Source of the DNA: Candidatus Poribacteria bacterium
GTDB lineage: Bacteria; Poribacteria; WGA-4E; UBA9662
NCBI GenBank assembly: GCA_046582655.1
Contig: JAYGDX010000082.1
Location: 1-64,000, forward strand
Length of the DNA: 64,000 bases
Direction: 5' to 3'
Position numbers and translations under genes: made by a program
The notes under the pieces: generated by a model
Databases searched by the model: none
What the model saw: only the letters and a program-made list of their open reading frames with translations
Told to the model about the DNA's origin: nothing
Part shown: positions 9,462-20,296 of the stretch, piece after piece
Numbering within the stretch: the first letter of the stretch is position 1
Layout of the letters: each line of letters opens with the position of its first letter

Positions 9462-11948
9462 ATGAAACTGGATTATCAGCCTTTGGACCTCACATCATTT
9501 TACAACGCCAGTACCAAAATATTAGGGACTTATCCTAATATTGGGTCGCAGTTATATCATGGTTTGCCTTTTGAAATCGGATCCGATCCCGAACGGTGCT
9601 TTATCGAATTTGGCACGGATGCCGATACCGTTTCAATTCCAATACAAACAACAGCATACCGAATAATTGTTGCCCATCGTCTGCTCGAATCTCGTGTTTT
9701 GGAAGGTGATCCGGTCGGCAGGGTGATCGCCAACTACATATTTCGTTATGCCAATGATAAGCAAACCGTAGTCCCAATTCGTGAACGGTTCGAAATTAAC
9801 GTTATCCCAACGGGCTGGGGACAGAAGCCCTTTGCCGCCTGGCCGGATCGAAAAGATAGTTTGTATTCTCGTTATGAGGGGGCGTGGGAATCTACTGGTA
9901 ATCGCCAAACTGAAACTAGTGCAGGCAATGCCCAAGATTACTATCTTTGGATATGGGAGAATCCAGATCCCGATCGGGAAATTGTTTCAATCGAGATTGA
10001 AACACTGGATCAAAAATTCATGATATCAGCCATTACCCTCGGTCATCTTGACGAAGATCCAATTCCTCGGTCGGCTCGATCTGAAGTTATGATTTCCTTG
10101 CCGGATGCAGAAGATGCAGCCAACTCCTTTGCCATGGAGATCGAAGTTGATCGTGGCATTGCAACCTACCCTTATCCGTTACCTGATAGATCTGAAGAAA
10201 ATTACATGAACAGTCCGCATAAAGGTTGGGGCGAGGAGCAGAACCAGAAAAGTAGTCCCAGCTACGTTGAAATTTCAGCAACATCATCTGCCACTATTAC
10301 GGTTAAGAACCATGGTGAGTTATTAGGGCAGGTCAAATGGGGTGAACTTGAACAAAAAGGACAAGTAACAAACGCTCGTATAAAGGCCGAAATTGTCGAT
10401 AGTGGTCGAAATTGGGTTCATACAACCGTTGTAGATGATGATACAGGCAAACCTATTCCATGTCGTATCCACTTCCGATCAGTCAAGGGGATTCCATATG
10501 CACCTCATGGATACCACTCACATGTCAATTCCGATATGGGTACATGGCATATTGATAATGGTGGTGATGTTCGGCTTGGTCAACTGAGTTACGCTTATAT
10601 TGATGGCACTTGCCAAGGTTGGTTACCACGTGGTGAGGTGATTGTCGATGTTGCACGTGGTTTTGAGTATGAACCGATTCGCACAAAAGTGAGCATCGAA
10701 CCGGGGCAACGTAACCTGTCACTTCGGATCAAGCGCTGGTGCGATATGAAAAACGAGCGATATTTCAGCGGTGATACGCACGTTCATTTTCTTTCAACAC
10801 AGGGTGCGCATACCGAAGCACAGGGTGAAGATCTGGATGTGGTCAATTTACTCCTTTCACAGTGGGGGCACCTGTTTACCAATACTGAAGAGTTTATCGG
10901 TCAACCCTCGGTCGCCCACAATGGCCAGAGCATCGTTTATGCAACACAGGAGAATCGACAACACGTTCTTGGCCACCTGACGCTGCTGGGTCTGAAACAC
11001 CCTGTAGATCCATGGTGCTCAGGGGGATCTAATGAAGCAGAGCATGGTGGCAACCTTGAGACAACACTTTCACATTGGGCAGACGCATGTCACAGTCAAG
11101 GTGGGACAGTTATCCTGCCCCACATCCCCAATCCAAATTGTGAACCTGCAACCCTGATCGCGACTGGCCGAGTTGATGCCGTTGAATACCTGACACACGC
11201 AATCTATGGACATAATGAATATTATCGCTATTTGAATTGTGGCTACAAACTTCCTCTTGTAGGTGGTACAGACAAAATGACAAGTGATGTTCCCGTCGGG
11301 CTGTATCGGACCTATGTCCACATTCCTGATGATGAAGAATTTAACTATGATAACTGGTGTAAGCATCTAAAAGCAGGTAACACATTTTTAAGTGGTGGGC
11401 CGATCATTCGTCTAACAACGGATGGGCAGCCAATTGGATCAACTGTCAATCTTCCAGGTAATGGAGGTATGGTTGAGATTGAAGCTTCATGTGATTCAAT
11501 TTTCCCAATTCATACTCTAGAGATAGTCAAAAACGGGCAGGTTGTAGCTTCAACTGAAGAGGGAGAAGGTGCAAAAGCTCTCCAACTAAAAACTAAGTTG
11601 CATGTAGATCGTCATTCGTGGATTATCGCACGTTGTGGTGGGCCGAAATACGTACAACCAACCCTTCATCACGACGGATGGCGACGCGGTATTATCGCAC
11701 ACACGTCACCAATCTACATTGCGGTAGGCGAGACATGGTGGATGTTTGATCCTGAAACCGCAAATTATATGCTGACGCTGGCCGAAGGGGGGTTATCTTA
11801 CATCCGTACGACGGCACGTCACTATAAATCTGAATCTGTAACACATCACCACGGAGAAACAGATCACCAAGCATTCTTAGAACGGCCATTCATGGAAGCA
11901 ATCGAGACAATTCATAAGCGGATGCATGAGTTGGGAATCTCACATTGA
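9462..11948 (+). CDS. CehA/McbA family PHP-fold metallohydrolase
   Basis: SGDTHVH, QENRQHVLGHL, HSQGG.V..PH, YYRYLNCG..LP..GGTD, RTYV and AHTSPIY motifs. Confidence 0.82.
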   Translation: MKLDYQPLDLTSFYNASTKILGTYPNIGSQLYHGLPFEIGSDPERCFIEFGTDADTVSIPIQTTAYRIIVAHRLLESRVLEGDPVGRVIANYIFRYANDKQTVVPIRERFEINVIPTGWGQKPFAAWPDRKDSLYSRYEGAWESTGNRQTETSAGNAQDYYLWIWENPDPDREIVSIEIETLDQKFMISAITLGHLDEDPIPRSARSEVMISLPDAEDAANSFAMEIEVDRGIATYPYPLPDRSEENYMNSPHKGWGEEQNQKSSPSYVEISATSSATITVKNHGELLGQVKWGELEQKGQVTNARIKAEIVDSGRNWVHTTVVDDDTGKPIPCRIHFRSVKGIPYAPHGYHSHVNSDMGTWHIDNGGDVRLGQLSYAYIDGTCQGWLPRGEVIVDVARGFEYEPIRTKVSIEPGQRNLSLRIKRWCDMKNERYFSGDTHVHFLSTQGAHTEAQGEDLDVVNLLLSQWGHLFTNTEEFIGQPSVAHNGQSIVYATQENRQHVLGHLTLLGLKHPVDPWCSGGSNEAEHGGNLETTLSHWADACHSQGGTVILPHIPNPNCEPATLIATGRVDAVEYLTHAIYGHNEYYRYLNCGYKLPLVGGTDKMTSDVPVGLYRTYVHIPDDEEFNYDNWCKHLKAGNTFLSGGPIIRLTTDGQPIGSTVNLPGNGGMVEIEASCDSIFPIHTLEIVKNGQVVASTEEGEGAKALQLKTKLHVDRHSWIIARCGGPKYVQPTLHHDGWRRGIIAHTSPIYIAVGETWWMFDPETANYMLTLAEGGLSYIRTTARHYKSESVTHHHGETDHQAFLERPFMEAIETIHKRMHELGISH

Positions 11949-12057
11949 GCCAGCTTGATATGACAACATTATGTTTTCTTTAAGAATTTTGGGAGAAACC
12001 AATACTAATCCATTTTTAGAAGAAGAATAATCTCATTACAATACAGGAGTTATTTTA

Positions 12058-13755
12058 ATGAAAAAGGTAATCGATGACAAAGAATATAACATAAAACCTG
12101 GCATAGATTTACATGGCGTTGATTTTCACGGAATCGACTTGTCAGAAGCAAATCTGCGTGATGCTAATTTGCAAGGAGCAAATTTAACTGATGTTAATTT
12201 GTCAGAAGCAAATTTAAACCACGCTAATTTAAGAAACGCTATCTTGCACAATGCCAATCTGGAGGATACCAGATTAATCGGTGTTGACCTAACAGAAGCT
12301 GATCTGTCAGGAGCGAATATTCACGGGGAGAATTTGACCAACGCGATTATGATAAAGTCAAATCTGACAGGTGCCAACTTGTCGGACTCAATTCTAATGA
12401 GCGTGGATCTAACAGAAGCCAACTTATCAGAAGCGAATCTTAGTCGCGCCAATTTCCGCGAAGCCAATTTGACGGACGCGAGCTTAGAGGGGGCTGATTT
12501 GACTGGAACAATTTTTATTGTTGCAGAGATGGTTAACGCAAAGTTACATGGAGCCAAGATGAGACGCACAAATTTGCGTGGGGCCAATTTGACCGACGCG
12601 GATCTTGTTAGCGTAAATTTGGCGGGTGCAAATTTGCGAGGAACAATTTTAGAAGGTGCGAATATGAATCAGGTGTTTTTGAAAGGAACTATCTATGATT
12701 CCACCACCAAGGTTCCAGATAACTTCGATTTCAGTGAAGGTCATAAAGACGAACTTCGGGAGATGGATCGACTGACAATGAATGGAACATATCAAGGGAA
12801 TGTAGATACTACAATATACGGCCACCTTGATGGTAACGAATGCTATGCTTACGCCTATAGTTATCATAACAGTCGGGATAATAGAGAAACGACTTTGTCT
12901 CAGCGAACCATCATTGAGAAGAATTCATCTACCTCTGTTAGTGGGGATTATCAATTTCCAAATGTCAATAAAGATAATGAAGTTACGATGCACGTTTCTG
13001 TCTTGGAAGGGGACGAATACGACGAAATCCTGATTTACCGATCAATGGCACAAGGTAGTGTTGACGCTGCCCGAACGGCGGATTTATATGAGCTTTTTCA
13101 AATGCCAAATCAAGCCGATGAAGATAAGGAAATAATTGAGATAAAAGACCAAGTCGACGACGAAGATTTAGTCACTTTGGCAACGACGTCCTTGTTCATT
13201 ACAGCTGGGGCTAAATTAAGCGGGAAAAGCTTGTCTAAAACAGACCTGACAGGTGCCGATCTAGGAGGAGCTGATTTAAGTAAGGCCGATCTCCGTAGTG
13301 CGGAACTGAGTAATTCCAGACTAGGTCGCGCGAATTTAGCTGAGTGCGATCTGGCGGATACCTATTTAGTTGAAGCCGACATGTCAGGAGTGGATTTGAC
13401 AAATGGAAGGCTAACAAGATCAAATATGCGACGTGTGGAACTGTCTGGAGCTAAACTAGTCGGAACCGAGGTGATCAGTGTTAATTTGCGCGGGGCAAAT
13501 CTGGCCGACGTTGATTTTACAGACGCAGATTTGACCAACGCAGATTTAAGAGAAGCAGACTTAACTAATGCTATTTTGGCCAACGCAAATTTAAGTGATG
13601 CCGATTTAACCGGTGCCATTGTGGAAGAAGCGCAGTGGGAACTAGCGTCAAATCTGGCAAATTGTAAGTTCCCTGAACCCAAAACTTTTTTCTCCAAATT
13701 ATTTGGCAGATTTAAGCACGATGACAAACATGAAGATGACGAAGAAGATATTTAA
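12058..13755 (+). CDS. Pentapeptide repeat protein with a central non-repeat domain
   Basis: Two long A(D/N)LxX arrays separated by about 140 aa of unrelated sequence; acidic C-terminal tail. Confidence 0.92.
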   Translation: MKKVIDDKEYNIKPGIDLHGVDFHGIDLSEANLRDANLQGANLTDVNLSEANLNHANLRNAILHNANLEDTRLIGVDLTEADLSGANIHGENLTNAIMIKSNLTGANLSDSILMSVDLTEANLSEANLSRANFREANLTDASLEGADLTGTIFIVAEMVNAKLHGAKMRRTNLRGANLTDADLVSVNLAGANLRGTILEGANMNQVFLKGTIYDSTTKVPDNFDFSEGHKDELREMDRLTMNGTYQGNVDTTIYGHLDGNECYAYAYSYHNSRDNRETTLSQRTIIEKNSSTSVSGDYQFPNVNKDNEVTMHVSVLEGDEYDEILIYRSMAQGSVDAARTADLYELFQMPNQADEDKEIIEIKDQVDDEDLVTLATTSLFITAGAKLSGKSLSKTDLTGADLGGADLSKADLRSAELSNSRLGRANLAECDLADTYLVEADMSGVDLTNGRLTRSNMRRVELSGAKLVGTEVISVNLRGANLADVDFTDADLTNADLREADLTNAILANANLSDADLTGAIVEEAQWELASNLANCKFPEPKTFFSKLFGRFKHDDKHEDDEEDI

Positions 13756-13798
13756 TTTATGAGACAAGTTCAATCACAATTAGCCAAGTGGGGTTGAC

Positions 13799-14593
13799 CT
13801 AATCACTACCTGCTATCAATTTATTCTCTCGTCCGTTCTTAATAACATCTGAGATGAAGAATGGCGCATACAATATAAAGAAAAAAGCTAAACCAAGTAC
13901 CTCAAAGAATAGAAGGTAATAAGGCCAATCTAGAAACAGGAAGACACTGTTGGTTTCTGGCTTTCTGCAAAGGAAGAGGTAATTACTTCCACCCTCTGCT
14001 GGCCGAAGTTCATGCATGAATATGTAGTTAAAGAGCACGTTCACACCGAGAATACACACCATATACAAATTGGTAATTACAAATGTCCGCAAAATAGAAT
14101 GTGCTGAAGGTCTCATCTTTAATCCCCACGTAGCAAATAAAATACCACCTACGATTCCGCTATGACCAACAAAATACTGAAAAAAAAGGTAGTGTGGAAA
14201 TCCTGGTTGGTGAGGGATTGATCCGCCGGTGATTTCTGGAGAGATAATGGCTTGAAGTGTACCAGCCATTCCCCAGAGATAAGCAGTTTCGTAAACATAC
14301 TGATTTCGTTTGATCAAGACAAAGACCGTCATAAAAACAGCAAGACCGCATATCTCTAACGGCAGGCCCTCTTGGATAAACATCCTGGCCCCTTCATCCA
14401 TTATCCGGTAAATCCAGATAATAATTTCGTTGACGATTAATACGGCAGCCAACAGGTAACAAATGCTTTGAGTTAGCTTCTCCGATTTGGCCTTTCTGAC
14501 TGAAACCGATAGGATCACCGGTAGGAGAATCGTTACCACCATGGCTATGATATGAGGCGTGCCATTTTGTTGGAATTCGTCCATGAAACGCAT
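13799..14593 (-). CDS. YwaF/TIGR02206 family integral membrane protein
   Basis: LPLEICG, G..GTLQAIISP, FFQYFVGH, NYLFL..KP and WPYY motifs; multiple TM segments. Confidence 0.85.
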   Translation of the reverse strand: MRFMDEFQQNGTPHIIAMVVTILLPVILSVSVRKAKSEKLTQSICYLLAAVLIVNEIIIWIYRIMDEGARMFIQEGLPLEICGLAVFMTVFVLIKRNQYVYETAYLWGMAGTLQAIISPEITGGSIPHQPGFPHYLFFQYFVGHSGIVGGILFATWGLKMRPSAHSILRTFVITNLYMVCILGVNVLFNYIFMHELRPAEGGSNYLFLCRKPETNSVFLFLDWPYYLLFFEVLGLAFFFILYAPFFISDVIKNGRENKLIAGSD

Positions 14594-14622
14594 TCCTTAT
14601 CTTGACTATTTTATTTTACTTA

Positions 14623-15631
14623 ACGTGAGTTTGATATAACAGAGTAGGAACACCTTCCGCTATCATACTGTGAATCACTCAGTTGAAAAACTGAAAGGAG
14701 TTCCAATACCTATTGTACCACTCTTCTGCCAGATTGATAACTTTTGCCAGGACTTTGAGTCGATACTCAATCATCATCTGCTCTCTGATGGGAAACAGAA
14801 AGGGGCAGAGAAGAAGAAGTACACTGGCTCTGAGTCAAGTCATGACCTTCATTGTCCAGTTTCATCCTTCTGACTATCGTCCCTTCAAGCATTACTACAA
14901 CCAGTACGTCTGCCGGTATTTGCGCTGGGTATCCCCTTAATTAGTCAGCTACAATCGGTTTGTGCAGTTGATGGCTGATGCTTTGTTACCATTATGCGCC
15001 TTCTGCAGAGCCAAAAGGGGAGTTGTACTGGGATTTCGTTTATCGACTCCATGCCGCTTGCCGTCTGTCACAATCGAAGAATTCCCTACCATCGCGTCTT
15101 GGCCAAGACAGCTAAACAGAGGAAGAACTCCGTTGGTTGGTTCCATGGTTTCAAACTTCATCTGATGGCCTTCATCTGATGACCAATGATGAAAACCAAT
15201 TGCTGGCGATTCAGCTGACAGCTAGCAATGTCGATGATAGAACCCCAGTGCCACAGATGGTCAAGGAGTTGTTCGGTAAGTTGTCTAGCGATAAAGGCTA
15301 TATCTCACAGAAACTCTTTGACTTTTTATTTGCCGATGGTGTCCAGCTTGTAACCCAGATAAGAAAAAACATGAAAAACCAGCTGATGGATGTCTTCGAC
15401 AAGTTGATGTTGCGTAAGCGAGCGATCATTGAAACCATTTACGACCAACTGAAGAACATCTCTCAAGTCGAAGATACTCGCCATGGCAGTGGGGTCAACT
15501 TTCTGCTCAATGTCGTCAGCGCATTGATTGCTTATACCTACCAGGAGAAAAAACCTTCGCTCAATCTCAGTTTACCTCAGTTGAGTGAATTACCCACTGT
15601 CATTGGTTAATTCCTTACGTCAAACTCACGT
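14623..15631 (+). mobile_element. IS982-family insertion sequence (decayed)
   Basis: Inverted repeats ACGTGAGTTTGATATAA (from 14623) and TTACGTCAAACTCACGT (to 15631), beginning with AC as in IS982 elements. Confidence 0.88.
14670..15610 (+). pseudogene. IS982-family transposase, broken by frameshifts and a stop
   Basis: LFCQIDNFC, FIDSMPLAVCHNRRI, GWFHGFKLHL, NVDDR, DKGYIS and RKRAIIETIYDQLKN in different frames; a duplication of CTTCATCTGATG (15156 and 15170, period 14) shifts the frame. Confidence 0.88.
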
Positions 15632-15639
15632 TACATTAA

Positions 15640-15960
15640 TAATGATGTCGTCACTTCGAAACCTACGGAGGAGTTACAGATCCTGTGTTTGTATGCGAAG
15701 AATTCTGTAATGAACCAACGCAACATCTTTGAGGATAGTTTAAATACCTCTTGTTTATCTGATTGAGGCATTCCGTTTTGCCATTCAGGAAGCAGTAGCG
15801 TCGGCTATTCTTCAAGCGATCTTAGCTCAAGTCAAGAAGATATCCATGCTATAGAGCAACTTATTAGAGCCGGTAAGTACGTTCAAATCTCCATACTGGA
15901 TCATTTTTATTGTTGGTTATGCGTGTCACATTAGCCTAAAAGGGAGAGGTCTAACATGTA
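15640..15960 (+). pseudogene. radC: RadC/JAB-domain remnant
   Basis: Not in ORF track. Across frameshifts: EELQILCLYAKNSVMNQRNIFEDSLN...FAIQEAVASAI...SSDLSSSQEDIHAIEQLIRAGKYVQISILDH..VG, matching the RadC C-terminal pattern with the HNHP motif lost. Confidence 0.7.
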
Positions 15961-16029
15961 CGATAGTCTTCCAACAGCTGTTCAAGAATTAATTGTTATG
16001 ATCGAATTACTACTATAAAAGATACTTAT

Positions 16030-16773
16030 TTAATTACCGGATCTTTGCCGGATTACTTCATACATCAACACCCCCGCAGCCACCGACACATTGAGTGATG
16101 ACACCTCACCAAGCATTGGAATACTGACAATCAAATCACAATTTTTCCGCACAAGCCCGCGCATTCCTTTCTGCTCGCCACCGAAAACGAGACAGATTGA
16201 CGAGAAAAAATCTACTTGGGTGTACATTGTTGCCGCTTCTTGATTCGTGCCAATAACCCAATATCCGACATCTTTAAGATGTTTGATTGTTCGAACTAAG
16301 TTCTTAACTTGCGCAATAGGTACATTTTCTGCACTTCCCGCTGAAGCTTTGTGTGCGGCCGCTGTCAAGCTGGCAGAACGCTTTTCCGGAATAATTACAC
16401 CATCAGCATTCACCGCATCAGCCGTACGAATAATGGCACCGAGATTTCGTGGATCTTGCACCTCATCAAGCATAATCAATAGCCTTGGATCTTTGGCCTG
16501 ATCAAGAATTTCATCAAGTGTAGCGTAACGTGTAGATCTAGTAATAGCAATCACACCTTGATGAGGGATCTGACCTGCAATCTGATCTAGTTCTCGACGG
16601 TGGACATGATTCACTCGAATTTTCCTTTTTTCAGCAATCGCTTGGATTTGACGAAGGCGGTTATGGTTAGTTTCTTTAACTATCAAAATCTGTTCAATGT
16701 TGCTATCAGAATTTTGTAGAAGCGCGAGTACCGAATTTCTGCCAACGATTTTGTTTGGCATGTCACGTTTCAT
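16030..16773 (-). CDS. rlmB: 23S rRNA (Gm2251) methyltransferase RlmB (SpoU/TrmH family)
   Basis: GRNSV, HQGV, LDEVQDPRNLGAIIRTA, KASAG, GGEQKG and IPMLGEVSSLNVSVA motifs. Confidence 0.93.
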   Translation of the reverse strand: MKRDMPNKIVGRNSVLALLQNSDSNIEQILIVKETNHNRLRQIQAIAEKRKIRVNHVHRRELDQIAGQIPHQGVIAITRSTRYATLDEILDQAKDPRLLIMLDEVQDPRNLGAIIRTADAVNADGVIIPEKRSASLTAAAHKASAGSAENVPIAQVKNLVRTIKHLKDVGYWVIGTNQEAATMYTQVDFFSSICLVFGGEQKGMRGLVRKNCDLIVSIPMLGEVSSLNVSVAAGVLMYEVIRQRSGN

Positions 16774-16793
16774 AGAAAAATTTCTTGGTAGAC

Positions 16794-17200
16794 TTAATAG
16801 GGTTCCGTTAAATATACATGGTATGCTACTTGCCCGGAATACTTGAGTATATTCCCAATCGGTGGAGAGATTATTAGGTCATTAACTTGAGTATGTTCAG
16901 CCAATTTGCTTTCTAGGCTCTCGCTACTAGCTACAGGTTTACCAAAAGTCCAGTTACACAAGAACCCAAATATTACTTTCATCGGTTTCTTCAAATCTGC
17001 AGAAACACCCACTAAATATTCAACTTTGGAATGATACCAGTTTCCTCTTTAATCTCGCGTGTCAAGCTGAAATTAAATCCTTTTCCTATTCAACTTGCCC
17101 ACTAGGGAATTCCCATCCACGCTTGGGATAGTGCATCAAAGGGATTTCTCCATGTTGGTTTTCCCACCCTTGACACCACCGCAATGATATATTCCGGATA
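16794..17200 (-). pseudogene. NUDIX hydrolase pseudogene
   Basis: Reverse strand across a stop and frameshifts: RGWEFPSGQVE*EKDLISA/LTREIKEETGI (Nudix box), continuing into ORF 16794..17012. Confidence 0.75.
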
Positions 17201-17326
17201 ATCTATTCTGACCGAATTACAATTTCGACTGCGTCTCTGGAATCACCAATCAAATAAAATCAGGCGTTTTGTTTCCATGATCAAGTCGATTGCCAAATTA
17301 ATTACCCTTAATATCGACAAAAAACG

Positions 17327-17356
17327 TGGACTCTCATTATCATTCTACCATATAAT
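17327..17356 (+). promoter_or_regulatory. Putative sigma70 promoter TGGACT-N18-TATAAT
   Basis: Consensus -10 upstream of the TPR-TPR-EEP-panC run. Confidence 0.4.
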
Positions 17357-17497
17357 GTTTGATAGTATTTATACTGATGAAACGAAGCCGCAATTATAAT
17401 TCGTTTCTTAGTTTGATAAGAACTTCTTTACTGGTTAGCAAAACCCAAATAATGCCGTATGCATTTAGATATGCGGATGATATGTAGGAACTGAAAA

Positions 17498-18511
17498 GTG
17501 GGATTTGAAGGTATAGCATCCTTAATTTTTGGGGTGGTGCTTCTATTAATAGCCATATTGGTTTTTGTATTTGATTTCTTCTCAAAAAAGAAGGAGTTAA
17601 AGGACCACATTTGGCGAGCTAATCTTTTCCGCAAGCAAGAAAAATATCCGGAGGCAATTAAAGCCTATTTGCAGGCACTTGCCCTCGATGGTGATTTGGT
17701 GGAACCTCGGCGTAACTTGGCATGGATCTATCGCAAATTAGAGCGCTATTCTGAAGCGATTAGACAATACATTCGAGTTGTCAGTCTTGAACCTGAAGAT
17801 TATCAAACGCATAACCGGCTTGGTTTATTATACGGTAAAATTAATAAGGAAAAAGAAGCCATCGAACATTATGAAAAAGCGATTGAACTGGAACCTAACT
17901 TTGCTATTGCTTATGCCAACTTAGGCGTGCTATACCATAACAGCAAAAACAGCCGTATACGAGAAGCAATTGATTGTTACGAATCAGCATTAAAGATCGA
18001 GCAAACTTTCATACTCGTAAGAAATTTGCAGGCACAGGCACACCTTAGTCGAAGTGAATTTGACAAGGCAATTCAGCTTTACGAAGGAACGGTGCGAATT
18101 GCACCAGAGTCGGAACACTATCTTCAACTGGCGCTAGCGTTTAATCGAACTGGCAGACACGAAAGAGCAATCAGCAACTATCAAAAGGCGTTGAAAATCG
18201 ATTCTGATTCGGTAGTCATTCTCACACACTTGGGAAGAAGTTACGGTCTTGTAGAGAAATATGATGAAGCAGAAACTGAACTCAATACTGCGCTAAATAT
18301 CAACGCAAATTATGCGCCTGCGCAGTATCAACTTGCCGTCATTTTAACAGCGAGAGATCAGTTGGATGAAGCGATGGAACTTCTACAGCAAGCCATACAA
18401 AACGAACCAGGGGTTGCTAAGTCCGCAAAATCGGATACGAACTTGCAAAAACTGCATCAGCGACCTGAGTTTGATCAGTTAATCGCAGGCAATGAAGACG
18501 AGAGAGAATGA
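17498..18511 (+). CDS. Membrane-anchored tetratricopeptide repeat protein
   Basis: N-terminal TM helix followed by multiple TPRs (A..NLG..Y, A..Y.KA...P). Confidence 0.88.
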   Translation: MGFEGIASLIFGVVLLLIAILVFVFDFFSKKKELKDHIWRANLFRKQEKYPEAIKAYLQALALDGDLVEPRRNLAWIYRKLERYSEAIRQYIRVVSLEPEDYQTHNRLGLLYGKINKEKEAIEHYEKAIELEPNFAIAYANLGVLYHNSKNSRIREAIDCYESALKIEQTFILVRNLQAQAHLSRSEFDKAIQLYEGTVRIAPESEHYLQLALAFNRTGRHERAISNYQKALKIDSDSVVILTHLGRSYGLVEKYDEAETELNTALNINANYAPAQYQLAVILTARDQLDEAMELLQQAIQNEPGVAKSAKSDTNLQKLHQRPEFDQLIAGNEDERE

Positions 18512-18514
18512 TAA

Positions 18515-19468
18515 ATGGGTCTTTTCAGTTTCTTTTCAAAGAAAAAAGAGTTAAAGGACCATATGTGGCGTGCAAATTTGTATCGCAAGCAAGAGAAGTA
18601 TAAAGAATCAATTCAGGCTTATGTACAAGCAATTAAAATTGATCCCAGCTTACTTGAAGCACAACGCAACCTCGGCTGGCTTTATCGAAGATTAGAACAT
18701 CCTATTCAATCAATTAAACACTACAAAAAAGTGGTTGAAATCGAACCGGATGATCACAGGACACTGAACATACTTGGAATTATACACGAAAAAATTAAGA
18801 GGGATCAAACCGCACTTGAATATTATGAAGAGGCAATAGTATGTCAACCTCAATACGCAATAGCACATGCTAATCTTGGAAAACTACATCAACGCAGAAA
18901 TCGTTACAGCGACGCAATTTCAGCTTATACAGAAGTGCTAAGAATTGATAAAAATTTCATACTTGCGCGCAATCAACTCGCCCAGTTGCATCTTGATCAA
19001 CGCCAATTTGATGAGGCAATTAAGCTTCACGAAGGAACGATACGAATCTCTCCTGATGTTTGGGATCACTATTTTCAACTTGCCCAGGCCTTTAATCGTT
19101 GTAGTCGGCATGAAAGAGCAATCGTTAACTACCGGAAGGCATTGAAGATTAAACCTGATTCTGCCCTTCTCCATACACATCTCGGACGGAGTCTTTATCT
19201 CATTAATAATTACGGCGACGCTGAAACTGAACTTCGAGCAGCTCTGGATATTGACGTTAATTATGCATTAGCACAGTACAATCTTGCTATTATCTTAACA
19301 GGGAAAGACATGTTGGAAGAAGCACTAGATCTATTACAACAGGTCATACAGAGTGAGAACCGGTTTGCTCGCCTTGCCAAAGCTGAATCCGGGTTCAGAA
19401 AGCTACTTTCCCGCCCTGAATTTGAAAAAATGACCAATATTAAAGAACAAGATGAACAATTCTATTAG
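18515..19468 (+). CDS. Tetratricopeptide repeat protein, tandem paralog of the upstream gene without the TM anchor
   Basis: Shares FFSKKKELKDH.WRANL.RKQEKY and colinear TPRs with 17498..18511. Confidence 0.88.
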   Translation: MGLFSFFSKKKELKDHMWRANLYRKQEKYKESIQAYVQAIKIDPSLLEAQRNLGWLYRRLEHPIQSIKHYKKVVEIEPDDHRTLNILGIIHEKIKRDQTALEYYEEAIVCQPQYAIAHANLGKLHQRRNRYSDAISAYTEVLRIDKNFILARNQLAQLHLDQRQFDEAIKLHEGTIRISPDVWDHYFQLAQAFNRCSRHERAIVNYRKALKIKPDSALLHTHLGRSLYLINNYGDAETELRAALDIDVNYALAQYNLAIILTGKDMLEEALDLLQQVIQSENRFARLAKAESGFRKLLSRPEFEKMTNIKEQDEQFY

Positions 19469-19474
19469 GCAGAC

Positions 19475-20296
19475 ATGACTCCTCTAAAAATCATGACATT
19501 CAATTTGCGTCATGCAACGGCACAGGACGATGAAAATAGCTGGGAATACCGAAGAGATATACTTTTCAACGTCATAACGAGATACCAGCCGTGCATAATC
19601 GGAACTCAGGAGGGACTCGATTTCCAGCTTGATGAGATTATTGATAATACCACAGATTATGAAAGACTAGGTTTGGCAAGAGATGGAGATCAAAGCGAAT
19701 ATTGCGCAATTTTATCCAACACGTCAAAATTAAAGGTGCTTGATAATGGAAATTTCTGGCTGTCTGAAACACCAGATTCGCCTGGTAGCCGATCTTGGAA
19801 TACCAGTTGTGTGAGGATGGTTACCTGGGCCAGATTTCTAAACAAAGTTGACAATCGAGAATTCTATATTTTCAACACACATTTTGATCATGTAAGTGAA
19901 GAAGCACGGCAACAAAGCGCCATGCTTGTTTGGCGTAGGATCAGCGATTTAGGACACAATTTTCCAGTTTTTTTGGTCGGTGATTTCAATGCAACCCGAG
20001 GTAGCGTTGCATGGAAATTTCTGACCGGGAATCATAGGCTAGAAACTCAGCGTGGTAAGATGCAAGATGCGTGGCTGGAGGCGGAAGAACAGATTGGTAA
20101 TGTTGCCAAGACCTATCATGGGTTTAAAGGGCAAGCCGCGGAAGAACCATTTATGGACATAGGCAGCGCTCATATTGATTGGATCCTTTTTTATCCAAAG
20201 ATAAAGGTCAGTTCAGTATCAGTCATTACTGATAACAAGATTGGTTGCTATCCTTCCGACCACTATCCTGTTCTGGCCAGTTTCAGGTTACTCTGA
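19475..20296 (+). CDS. Endonuclease/exonuclease/phosphatase family protein
   Basis: MTFNLR, GTQE, FWLSETP, NTHFDH, GDFN, IDWI and PSDHYPV motifs. Confidence 0.92.
   Translation: MTPLKIMTFNLRHATAQDDENSWEYRRDILFNVITRYQPCIIGTQEGLDFQLDEIIDNTTDYERLGLARDGDQSEYCAILSNTSKLKVLDNGNFWLSETPDSPGSRSWNTSCVRMVTWARFLNKVDNREFYIFNTHFDHVSEEARQQSAMLVWRRISDLGHNFPVFLVGDFNATRGSVAWKFLTGNHRLETQRGKMQDAWLEAEEQIGNVAKTYHGFKGQAAEEPFMDIGSAHIDWILFYPKIKVSSVSVITDNKIGCYPSDHYPVLASFRLL

Noticed and set aside
17471..17500. In-frame TGA just upstream of the first TPR gene as selenocysteine
   Set aside because: Adds only a few non-conserved residues, no redox motif or evident SECIS; GTG 17498 has its own purine-rich RBS.
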